Source: an uncultured Bacillaceae bacterium | GTDB lineage: Bacteria; Bacillota; Bacilli; Bacillales; Cytobacillaceae | Assembly (NCBI GenBank): GCA_937995745.1 | Contig: CALKIU010000069.1 | Span: forward strand, 33,337 to 97,336 | Length of the DNA: 64,000 nucleotides | Direction of reading: 5' to 3' | Shown: positions 9,806 to 17,894 of the stretch, piece after piece | How the letters are laid out: each line of letters begins with the position of its first letter | Numbering within the stretch: the stretch's first letter is position 1 | Program-made: the position numbers and the translations under genes | Notes under the pieces: generated by a model | What the model saw: only the letters and a program-made list of their open reading frames with translations | The model's database searches: none | Told to the model about the DNA's origin: nothing

Positions 9806-11003
9806 ATTCAAATATATAGGCAGGGATCGCAAAGGAAAACGGAAAGGCGCCATCACGGCTTCTTCCAAGCGGGAGGCCGTCAGGCTGCTAAAGGAACAAG
9901 GAATCAGGACTTTGGAAATCACTGAGGTTCCCGAAACGATTTTTACGAAGGAATTTTCATTGGGAAGCCCGGTGAAACTGCGCGATTTTGTCGTTTATCT
10001 CCGGCAATTTGCCACCTTGATTAAAGCCGGGGTCACTATTGTCGATTCAACGAAAATCCTTGCCGCGCAAACGGAAAGTAAAGCGTTGAAAAGGGCATTG
10101 CTCGAAGTGGAGCAAGGCCTCCGGGAAGGCAAGTCCTTTTCCGAGGCGGCGGCGGGCCAGCCGAAAATTTTCCCGCCGATGTTTATTAATATGGTCAAAG
10201 CCGGCGAGGCAGGGGGGAATTTGGATGAATCTTTGGAAATTTTGGCCGATCATTTTGAGAAACAAAATAATGTCCGGGCCAAGATTATTTCGTCCCTTGC
10301 CTATCCGACAGTTGTATTGATTATTGCCATTGCCGTCGTCATCTTTTTGCTTGTTTCGGTAGTGCCCAGATTCGTGTCAATGTTTGCCGATTTTGGCGGC
10401 GAACTTCCCCGGCTCACGCAATATACCATCGCGGCGAGCGAGTTTATGCAGGTTTATTGGTGGATGGTTTTGCTCATTTTCCTCCTTTTAGTCATTGTCA
10501 TCGCTTTAATGAGAAAAAATGAACAGACAAAGTATTATTTGGATTATTTGCTATTAAAGCTCCCTATTATCGGAAAAATGTTCCAAAAAGCTTCTATTTC
10601 AAAGATGACAAGAACGTTGAGTTCGTTGGTCGCAAATGCCGTTCCGATTTTGGAAGCCGTTAAACTTGTCGAGGAGGTGGGGGAAAATGAAGTGATTGCC
10701 AGAGTGCTGAGGGAGTCGCATGACTCTTTGCAGCGGGGCCGTTCGATGACAGAGCCGATGAGAGGGCATTGGGCGTTTCCTCCGCTTGTTACCCAGATGA
10801 TTTCCATCGGCGAACAGACGGGTTCTCTTGATACGATGCTTGGCAAAGTGGCCGATTTTTATGAAGAAGAGGTGGAAAACAGCACCGAACGGCTGAAATC
10901 ACTTTTGGAACCTTTGACGATTGTTATTTTGGCGGTTTTAGTCGGATTGATCATCATCTCTATTGTAGTGCCAATGTTCGAGCTTTACGGTCAAATCAGA
11001 TAG
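9798..11003 (+). CDS. pilC: Type IV pilus platform protein PilC (GspF family)
   Basis: Two GspF repeats and three TM segments. Start set at ATG 9798 behind AGGAGAAG; it overlaps the pilT end by 8 nt. Confidence 0.8.
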   Translation: MARFKYIGRDRKGKRKGAITASSKREAVRLLKEQGIRTLEITEVPETIFTKEFSLGSPVKLRDFVVYLRQFATLIKAGVTIVDSTKILAAQTESKALKRALLEVEQGLREGKSFSEAAAGQPKIFPPMFINMVKAGEAGGNLDESLEILADHFEKQNNVRAKIISSLAYPTVVLIIAIAVVIFLLVSVVPRFVSMFADFGGELPRLTQYTIAASEFMQVYWWMVLLIFLLLVIVIALMRKNEQTKYYLDYLLLKLPIIGKMFQKASISKMTRTLSSLVANAVPILEAVKLVEEVGENEVIARVLRESHDSLQRGRSMTEPMRGHWAFPPLVTQMISIGEQTGSLDTMLGKVADFYEEEVENSTERLKSLLEPLTIVILAVLVGLIIISIVVPMFELYGQIR

Positions 11004-11120
11004 ATAAATAGACCCAAAATCTTAACAATTGTTTCAAATTTATAATACTTTTAACATATATAATAATATTGAAAGAATTTAAAATTAAGGAATATTTTAC
11101 TAGGACAAGGAGTGAAAGTT

Positions 11121-11552
11121 ATGAAAGAGTTGCTGAAAAAACAGTTGAAACAACAAAAAGGGTTTACGTTAATTGAATTGTTGGCGGTCATTGTCATTTT
11201 GGCGATTATTTTGTTAATTGCCATTCCGGCCGTCGGAACTCTGATGGACAACTCGCAAAAGGATGCCCACATTGCCAACGCGCAACAACTTGAATCAGCG
11301 GCGAAGCTTTACTTTACCGATAACAGAATAAATAATGGTACTGTTTCTGCAGATACATTAAAGGAGAAAGGCTATTTAGACGATTTTGAGGACCCGAGCG
11401 GAAGAGGATATTCGACAGCACAGGTAACAGTAGAAACATCGGACGGAAAGGTAACATATAAGGTTAAACTTGAACCATATTTCCAAAAAGAGATTACAGA
11501 TACATCCAAGTTGACCCGCGATGATGTCACGTTGGATCTCAAAGATCAGTAA
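11121..11552 (+). CDS. pilA: Type IV pilin (prepilin with N-terminal cleavage/methylation motif)
   Basis: Leader MKELLKKQLKQQKG|FTLIELLAVIVILAIILLIAIP with the G/F cleavage site and Glu+5. AAGGAG lies 8 nt upstream of ATG 11121. Confidence 0.8.
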   Translation: MKELLKKQLKQQKGFTLIELLAVIVILAIILLIAIPAVGTLMDNSQKDAHIANAQQLESAAKLYFTDNRINNGTVSADTLKEKGYLDDFEDPSGRGYSTAQVTVETSDGKVTYKVKLEPYFQKEITDTSKLTRDDVTLDLKDQ

Positions 11553-11585
11553 TAACAAATAATATAGTTAATATTCGTCTTCGCC

Positions 11586-12350
11586 ATGGCTAGTTTTGTC
11601 TTCGTCACAAGCTTTGTTGCAGGATTGGTCTTTGGCTCTTTTTTCAATGTCGTTGGATTGCGCGTCCCGGCGAAACAATCGGTTATAAGACCGCGTTCGG
11701 CCTGCCCCCGCTGCCGCCGTCCTTTGACAGCGGGGGAACTGATTCCCGTGTTATCTTATATCGTTCAACGGGGAAAATGCCGGACTTGCGGGGCGAAAAT
11801 TTCGCCTATATATCCGGCTGTCGAATTGGTGACCGGACTGCTTTTTGCCACCGCACCTTTTTTCGTTGGCTGGTCGGGCGACCTGTTGATTGCTCTGACT
11901 TTAATCTCTCTTTTTATGATTATTGTTGTGTCTGATCTTGCTTATATGATAATTCCCGACAAAATTCTTCTTATTTTTGCAGGAATCTTTTTTATAGAGA
12001 GGATATTTATGCCTCTGACACCGTGGTGGGATTCTCTCCTCGGAGCTTTGCTCGGATTTTCCGTCCTTTTCTTGATTGCCGTTATCAGCAAAGGCGGCAT
12101 GGGGGGAGGAGACATCAAACTTTTCACTTTAATCGGTTTTGCCACCGGTGTAAAAACGTTGACTCTTTCTTTTCTGTTGTCAGTGTTTTTGGGTGCCGTG
12201 TTCGGGGTCATCGGTCTTGCTTTCAAGTTCGTCAGCAAAGGCAAACCGATTCCGTTCGGTCCCTTTATTGCAGCGGGAACATTAATTTCCTATTATTTCG
12301 GAGATTGGATTGTCAAAAAATATATATACCTTTTTTCAGGCGGATTTTAA
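11586..12350 (+). CDS. pilD: Prepilin peptidase / N-methyltransferase (A24 family, PilD/ComC)
   Basis: N-terminal CPRC...CRTC zinc-ribbon-like Cys pairs, polytopic membrane protein, catalytic-Asp motifs VVSDLAYMIIPD and GMGGGDIKLF. Confidence 0.85.
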   Translation: MASFVFVTSFVAGLVFGSFFNVVGLRVPAKQSVIRPRSACPRCRRPLTAGELIPVLSYIVQRGKCRTCGAKISPIYPAVELVTGLLFATAPFFVGWSGDLLIALTLISLFMIIVVSDLAYMIIPDKILLIFAGIFFIERIFMPLTPWWDSLLGALLGFSVLFLIAVISKGGMGGGDIKLFTLIGFATGVKTLTLSFLLSVFLGAVFGVIGLAFKFVSKGKPIPFGPFIAAGTLISYYFGDWIVKKYIYLFSGGF

Positions 12351-12365
12351 ACGAGGGATCAAACG

Positions 12366-13373
12366 ATGAAACTAAATTTTTTTTCCAAGAAAAATGTTGT
12401 TAATTTGGTCATACAAGACTACTCCATCCGGTTTATGGAGTTGGAAAATGAACAATCCTCCATTCCTTACCGTTGGGGGGAACGTTATCTTCCGGCAGGC
12501 TTGATAAGCAACGGAACCATTAAAGATGTGGAAGCCGTCAGAACCATTCTTGAACAATGCGTCGATGAATGGAATATTCGTAAACGGCCGGTGCGCTTTT
12601 TGGTGCCCGATTCCTTTGTGAATATCCGCAAAGTGTCCATACCTGCCGATATTCAAGAAGATGAAATTTACGGGTATTTGTACCTTGAGATTGGTTCCAG
12701 CATTCACCTCCCCTTTACAGACCCAGTTTTTGACATCGTGCTGCTCGACGAAAATGGCGACCAGCGGGAGGTTTTGATTATTGCGGCAGAGGAAGAACAC
12801 GTGAAAATGTATGCCGATTTGTTGGAAAGTTGCAAATTAAAACCCATTGCCGCAGAGATTTCCGCATTGGCGCTTCACCGGCTGTATTATTCTCTCGGCC
12901 AGGCGGAAAAAGACGAACATCTTCTTGTTGCCCAATTTGACTTGGAAAAAGTAAACATCTGCATCTTTGCCGGAACCATCCCTTTGGTGATGCACCATAT
13001 TCCGATTGAAATTTACAGGGATCATTGGGATTTGCGCATGAATGAATCCGGCATTTATGAATGGCATTTTGTCGGCGATGCGGTAAAAGAAATCGACTTT
13101 CAATACAGCGATGCGTTTACGGAAATTGATAGACTTGCTGATTTTTACCGCTATTCATTGACTCACGGCAAATCAGAAATTACAAAGATGCTGGTTCATG
13201 GAGATCATCCCCTTTTGTCATTTATTCTCGACGAACTGAAAAGCCGGTTTGATATACCGATTGTGACAATCGACAAACAAAAACTGTCCGCAAAGTTTAA
13301 TAACCCTCTCCCGAGAAATTACCATCTTGTGATGGGACTTGCATTAAAAGAGGTGCAAAAAAATGTTGGTTGA
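12366..13373 (+). CDS. pilM: Type IV pilus assembly protein PilM (actin-like ATPase fold)
   Basis: 335 aa, position and size as PilM; overlaps the pilN start by 11 nt. Confidence 0.65.
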   Translation: MKLNFFSKKNVVNLVIQDYSIRFMELENEQSSIPYRWGERYLPAGLISNGTIKDVEAVRTILEQCVDEWNIRKRPVRFLVPDSFVNIRKVSIPADIQEDEIYGYLYLEIGSSIHLPFTDPVFDIVLLDENGDQREVLIIAAEEEHVKMYADLLESCKLKPIAAEISALALHRLYYSLGQAEKDEHLLVAQFDLEKVNICIFAGTIPLVMHHIPIEIYRDHWDLRMNESGIYEWHFVGDAVKEIDFQYSDAFTEIDRLADFYRYSLTHGKSEITKMLVHGDHPLLSFILDELKSRFDIPIVTIDKQKLSAKFNNPLPRNYHLVMGLALKEVQKNVG

Positions 13374-13968
13374 TATCAATCTCTTGCCGAAAAAAGAGGA
13401 GAAGGATCGCTCTCTCTTAATGCTGTTTATTGTACTCGGTTTGGTGCTGGGAGTTGGGTTGGTTTCCATTTTCTATCTTAACAGCCATTACAAAAAGAAT
13501 ATCAATTTGGTTCAACAGGACATTACTGCTACTAAACAGTTGATAGAACAGGTGCAAATGCAACTGGCCGATCTCGATCAATCGGAAGCGGTTGCCGAAT
13601 TGGAAAATGCCATTCATTGGGCTGAAATTTACCGTGCGAAAACAGTGCCGCTTTTAAAAGAGATTACTTCTCTTCTCCCTGAAAGAGGATTTGTAAAAGA
13701 ATTTGCTTACCAAGTACCGGGAACAGTCAGTTTGCTGGTGCAGTTTGATACAAACCGGGAAGGGGCCTACTTTTTGGATTATTTAAATGATGCCGAATGG
13801 GTACAAGAGGCAGAGCTGGAAAAGATGGAAGCCAGAGACCCGGAAGAAGAAGAGGTGGAAGCCGGCATTGAATTTGTTCCCAGATATCATGTCAATTATA
13901 AAATCCACATCGATCGAAAGAAAATTGCAGAACTTTCCGCCGACACGCAGGGAGGGGATGATTCATGA
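13363..13968 (+). CDS. pilN: PilN-like fimbrial assembly protein
   Basis: Canonical N-terminus MLVDINLLPKKEE followed by a single TM helix. Confidence 0.6.
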   Translation: MLVDINLLPKKEEKDRSLLMLFIVLGLVLGVGLVSIFYLNSHYKKNINLVQQDITATKQLIEQVQMQLADLDQSEAVAELENAIHWAEIYRAKTVPLLKEITSLLPERGFVKEFAYQVPGTVSLLVQFDTNREGAYFLDYLNDAEWVQEAELEKMEARDPEEEEVEAGIEFVPRYHVNYKIHIDRKKIAELSADTQGGDDS

Positions 13969-14744
13969 ATGGGAGACTGTCGCGCAACCAGAAATTGATT
14001 GCCGTTCTGTCTGCTATTGCGGTAGTGCTTATTTTAGCAGGGTGCTATTTCTTTATTTTGCATCCCCAAAAGGTGGAATTGGATAAAAGGAAAGCGGAAC
14101 TGAGAACAGAAGAGACGCTTCTAAAACAATTAAATACCCAGTTGAATCAAAAAAGTGCCATGACTTATGCGAGCACGGTCAGCTTGCAAAAACAGATTCC
14201 CGTCAAACCGCTCTTGGAACGGTTTATCCTCGATATTGAAAAGGCCGAGGTTTTATCAGGTTGCCTCGTAAAAGATTTCAGTGTCGGCGAAAAAAGCGGG
14301 ATTGAAGAAGTAGAAATGACGGAGATGGGAGAAACAGGGGCCGAAGCGGAAGAAAACATGGAAGCTGCCGCGAACACTGAACAGACAGTGGAAGAATCCG
14401 CTGAGCAGCCATCCAAAACCGGAGATACCGTTTTGCTCCCGAGCGGTTTTCGAAAGGTATCCATAAATTTAACTGTTTCCGCTCCCGGATATTATGAACT
14501 GGAAGAATTTATTAACATTCTTGAGAGGGCGGAACGAATCATGACAGTGGAAAACATCAAGTTTTCCGGCCCTGATGAAGTCGTCTCCCTCGAAGATGAA
14601 TCAGGCCCCCTTGAATTGGAACTGGTTGTATCCGCTTATTATATGCCTGGGCTGACGGAGTTGATTCATCAATTGCCGCGTATTGATAGTCCAACGCCCG
14701 GCAATAAAACGAATCCGTTGGCAACTTTTGGAGACAGCAAATGA
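13965..14744 (+). CDS. pilO: PilO-like pilus assembly protein with acidic insert
   Basis: N-terminal TM helix, then a coiled coil (KRKAELRTEETLLKQLNTQL). Start overlaps the pilN stop (ATGA). Assignment is mainly positional. Confidence 0.5.
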   Translation: MNGRLSRNQKLIAVLSAIAVVLILAGCYFFILHPQKVELDKRKAELRTEETLLKQLNTQLNQKSAMTYASTVSLQKQIPVKPLLERFILDIEKAEVLSGCLVKDFSVGEKSGIEEVEMTEMGETGAEAEENMEAAANTEQTVEESAEQPSKTGDTVLLPSGFRKVSINLTVSAPGYYELEEFINILERAERIMTVENIKFSGPDEVVSLEDESGPLELELVVSAYYMPGLTELIHQLPRIDSPTPGNKTNPLATFGDSK

Positions 14745-14751
14745 ACAATAA

Positions 14752-14786
14752 AAAGGCGTGATTCCCGCCCGGAATCGCGCCTTTTG
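14752..14786 (+). terminator. Intrinsic terminator closing the pilus operon
   Basis: AAAGGCGTGATTCC / GGAATCGCGCCTTTT hairpin. Confidence 0.6.
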
Positions 14787-14833
14787 CCGTTTTAAGCGTG
14801 CCATTTTCCTGAATGCTGTACGGTTAGGGGAAT

Positions 14834-16021
14834 TTGGCGAAATCTTTCCGAAAAGGGACGACAAAAGTCTCGCTCTTTTTTGTGAGTTTTGTGCTAGGAT
14901 ATAGTTTGACTTCCATACTGCATAAGAGAGGCGGGCGGTCAGAAATGGACAAGCGGCAGAACCGGCCAATCGTCATTAAGATAAACGGAAAAACAAGTTT
15001 GCTGCAAGGCAATACGTCCGAACAAGAACTTGGGAAAGAATCTGGTAGAAATAAAACAGAAGTTTTGCCAAAAAAGCAACCCGACGGAGAGAGTAAAGAA
15101 AACGCTGCAAAAATGAAGAATGATGCCGAAAGCCAGACGGCGGCTGCCCGGGAAGAACCGTTTCACTGGGTTCTCCCCGAAAACAAAGAGGGATATGATT
15201 TTTCCGCGCCGCCGGAAAAAAACATTCGGGTAAAGAGCGTTTTGAAAAAAATGCCGCTCCATTCGAAAACATTCTTTAAACATGATCAAAGCGGCAAACG
15301 AGCGTTTCTTTCCGCCCTTTTTATTATTTTCGCCGCTATATTGGTAGGAACGGGTTTCGGCCTGGCGATGTTGCACATGGTTGCTTCGGATCAAAAACAG
15401 GAAGCCAAAACGGTTTCCAATCCTGTAGAAAATGTTGAAGAAAACGGACAAGCCGGAATAGTAACGGATAAAACGGTTTATGTGATTCAGGGAGGCGTTT
15501 TTTCCACGGAAGCGGCGGCCGGGAACACTGTTAAAATGGCGGCGGAGCGGGGGGTTCCCGCCGGCATGCTAAAAATGGAGGGCCGCTATTTTATTTTTAT
15601 TGGGGTCGCGGACAGCATGGATGGAGCGAAAACGCTCGGGAATTATTTTGCTGGAAAAGGAATCGACTCCTATGCCAAGGAGATGAACTTTCATATCGAT
15701 GCAAAGACCGGTTTAAAGAAAGAAGAAATTGCATTTTTGGAAGAAGCGTCGGTGCTGTTCGACCGGTTGGCCGCCGCGAGCGCCGGCGGCATCATTTCGG
15801 GAACTGTTTCCGCGGATACAGATCCATCCCTTGCCGAGCTTTTGGACCGCTGGAATAAAATAAATGAGAACGATATTTCACGGCCTGAATTGAAAGAAAT
15901 AAAAAGGGAATTGGATCTGGCCGTTAAAAAACTGTCCTCCCATCACGATGGAAGTGAGCGTTTAATCAGCGTCCAACAGCATCTCGTAAACGCGCTCGTT
16001 TTCTACCAAAAACTTTCTTGA
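14834..16021 (+). CDS. spoIIB: SPOR-domain membrane protein, SpoIIB-like
   Basis: N-terminal TM, charged linker, second TM. C-terminal SPOR-like block VYVIQGGVFSTEAAAGNTVKMAAERGVPAGMLKMEGRYFIFIGVADS. Sits immediately upstream of maf, as spoIIB does in B. subtilis. TTG start is uncertain. Confidence 0.45.
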   Translation: MAKSFRKGTTKVSLFFVSFVLGYSLTSILHKRGGRSEMDKRQNRPIVIKINGKTSLLQGNTSEQELGKESGRNKTEVLPKKQPDGESKENAAKMKNDAESQTAAAREEPFHWVLPENKEGYDFSAPPEKNIRVKSVLKKMPLHSKTFFKHDQSGKRAFLSALFIIFAAILVGTGFGLAMLHMVASDQKQEAKTVSNPVENVEENGQAGIVTDKTVYVIQGGVFSTEAAAGNTVKMAAERGVPAGMLKMEGRYFIFIGVADSMDGAKTLGNYFAGKGIDSYAKEMNFHIDAKTGLKKEEIAFLEEASVLFDRLAAASAGGIISGTVSADTDPSLAELLDRWNKINENDISRPELKEIKRELDLAVKKLSSHHDGSERLISVQQHLVNALVFYQKLS

Positions 16022-16042
16022 GAAAATGACGGGGAATTTTTC

Positions 16043-16070
16043 AAAGCTGAAAATCAGCTGATTTTTTTGT
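16043..16070 (+). terminator. Intrinsic terminator after the spoIIB-like gene
   Basis: AGCTGA aaa TCAGCT hairpin followed by a T7 run. Confidence 0.55.
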
Positions 16071-16192
16071 TTTTTCTATTAAACGGGCAAATTATGTTTG
16101 GCGAGGGAGAATTTATTTTCTGTTGAAGAAGTTTTTTCTTGGAAATCTGTCTGTCTGATTTTGACATATCTATTCCGATTCTGTCGATTCTC

Positions 16193-16201
16193 TGGTACAA
16201 T
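16193..16201 (+). promoter_or_regulatory. Candidate extended -10 promoter for maf-radC
   Basis: TGgTACAAT; no good -35 at proper spacing. Confidence 0.25.
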
Positions 16202-16248
16202 TTTTATGTATCCCTTTCTGATACGTCTGAGGTCAGGTGGTTTTGTCA

Positions 16249-16818
16249 ATGAAAAAATTGATATTGGCTTCATCTTCCCCGAGAAGGAAAGAACTTCTCG
16301 AAAATCTTCGTCTTTCTTTTGAAGTTCACAGCAGCAATGTTGATGAACGTTTTCCCCCTGATTTGCCGCCGCATGAAATCGTTATGGAACTGGCCAAAAG
16401 AAAAGCGCAATATGTCGCCGAAATATTTCCGGATTCTTATGTAATCGGTTCCGATACGATTGTGGTCTTAGACGGGAAAATTCTCGGAAAACCGCAGGAT
16501 CCCCAAGAAGCGGCAAAGATGCTCCGAACCTTGAGCGGAAGGACGCATCATGTTTATACAGGTGTAGCGATTTTCAGTCCGGAAACGCATGTGACGTTTT
16601 TTGACAAAACGGAGGTGGTGTTTTGGGAGTTGACAGACGAGGAAATTGAAAATTATGTAAAAAGCGGCGAACCTCTTGACAAGGCAGGAGCCTATGGCAT
16701 TCAAGGTTTGGGCAGTCTGCTCGTCAAGAAGATTAATGGCGACTATTTTTCCGTCGTGGGCCTTCCCGTGTCAAGAACCGCCCGCGAGCTCCGGAAATTG
16801 GGATATCCTTTGCCTTGA
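16249..16818 (+). CDS. maf: Maf nucleoside-triphosphate pyrophosphatase (septum formation protein)
   Basis: MKKLILASSSPRRKELL...GSDTIV...GAYGIQG, 189 aa, the same length as B. subtilis Maf. Confidence 0.85.
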   Translation: MKKLILASSSPRRKELLENLRLSFEVHSSNVDERFPPDLPPHEIVMELAKRKAQYVAEIFPDSYVIGSDTIVVLDGKILGKPQDPQEAAKMLRTLSGRTHHVYTGVAIFSPETHVTFFDKTEVVFWELTDEEIENYVKSGEPLDKAGAYGIQGLGSLLVKKINGDYFSVVGLPVSRTARELRKLGYPLP

Positions 16819-16880
16819 ATTGTCCCGTCATCTCCCCGCCGCCTCTAACGGGAGGGATATATTTGGCAAAGAAAAATTTG

Positions 16881-17411
16881 ATGATAAAAGATTTTCCGGA
16901 AGATGAAAGACCAAGGGAAAGATTTGTCAAATACGGCCCTGAAAGCCTTTCCAACCATGAATTGCTTGCCATTTTGCTGCGGACAGGAACAAAAGATGAA
17001 TCTGTCCTTCAATTGGCCAACAGGCTGTTAAAATCTTTCGACGGCTTGAGAATGTTGAAGGAAGCTACACTGGATGAAATCACGGCCATCAAAGGAATCG
17101 GAAAAGCGAAAGCGATTCAGATTTTGGCGGCCATTGAAATCGGCAGGAGAATAGCCAATCTCAATTACAATGAACGCTATGTTATTCGTTCTCCGGAGGA
17201 TGGGGCCAATTACGTCATGAACGATATGAGATTTCTGTCCCAGGAACATTTCGTTTGCCTTTACCTCAATACGAAGAATCAAGTTCTCCACAAAAAAACC
17301 GTTTTTATCGGCAGCTTAAACGCCTCCATTGTACATCCCCGCGAAGTTTTTAAAGAAGCGTTGAAACGTTCTGCAGCCTCCGTCATCTGTTTCCACAATC
17401 ACCCGTCAGGC
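16881..17411 (+). CDS. radC: RadC (JAMM/MPN+ family), exon 1 of 2
   Basis: MIKDFPEDERPRERFVKYGPESLSNHELLAILLRTGTKDESVLQLA...ICFHNHPSG. The frame then enters intron sequence (GTGCG...) and hits a stop at 17448..17450. Confidence 0.8.
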
Positions 17412-17632
17412 GTGCGCCTGCAAGGTGTGTCATTTCAGCGATTTTTATAAATCTGGAATTCCTTACAATATTCCATGGTCAGCATCTTACCTCCGGGGGA
17501 AACCTTGAGGGGGGAACATAGCATGATGTCAAAAGGAGAAGAGACGACGAAGCTGTCTGGTCGAATCGCTTCTTCAGGCCAAGTGGTGTATGGTAAAGGC
17601 TATACTGCTTGAATCCCAGACGGTTGAGCGTT

Positions 17633-17637
17633 GGGTG
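17633..17637 (+). other. Candidate EBS2 of the intron
   Basis: GGGTG at intron nt 222-226 is complementary to exon positions -12..-8 (CACCC). Confidence 0.4.
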
Positions 17638-17689
17638 CGCCGTTGCCTATGACAGCTGACAGGCAATGTGGACAAAATGGGAGATGCAG

Positions 17690-17696
17690 CGCCTGA
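17690..17696 (+). other. Candidate delta + EBS1 of the intron
   Basis: C-GCCTGA at intron nt 279-285 is complementary to exon -6..-1 (TCAGGC) plus the first nt of exon 2 (G). Confidence 0.5.
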
Positions 17697-17894
17697 GCAC
17701 TTCCATAGTAAGGTTTGTCCATCAGGCCTCCGTCCGGAGGAAACCGTCGAAAAGGATACCTAACCACCACGCATCTGAAATGGCGCATAATGCAGGGATT
17801 ACCTTCGTGCAATGGCCGTTTTAATGGTTTTCGGCGATTGCATATGGTAACGGAGTCTCCATAGTACCCGACGTTTGCCTGTAATGGGTTTAGC

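Noticed and set aside
7085-14744. The idea that the pilus cluster is the competence comG operon
   Set aside because: It contains pilT, pilM, pilN and pilO, a separate PilC, and only one pilin. comG operons lack these and carry four or five pseudopilin genes.
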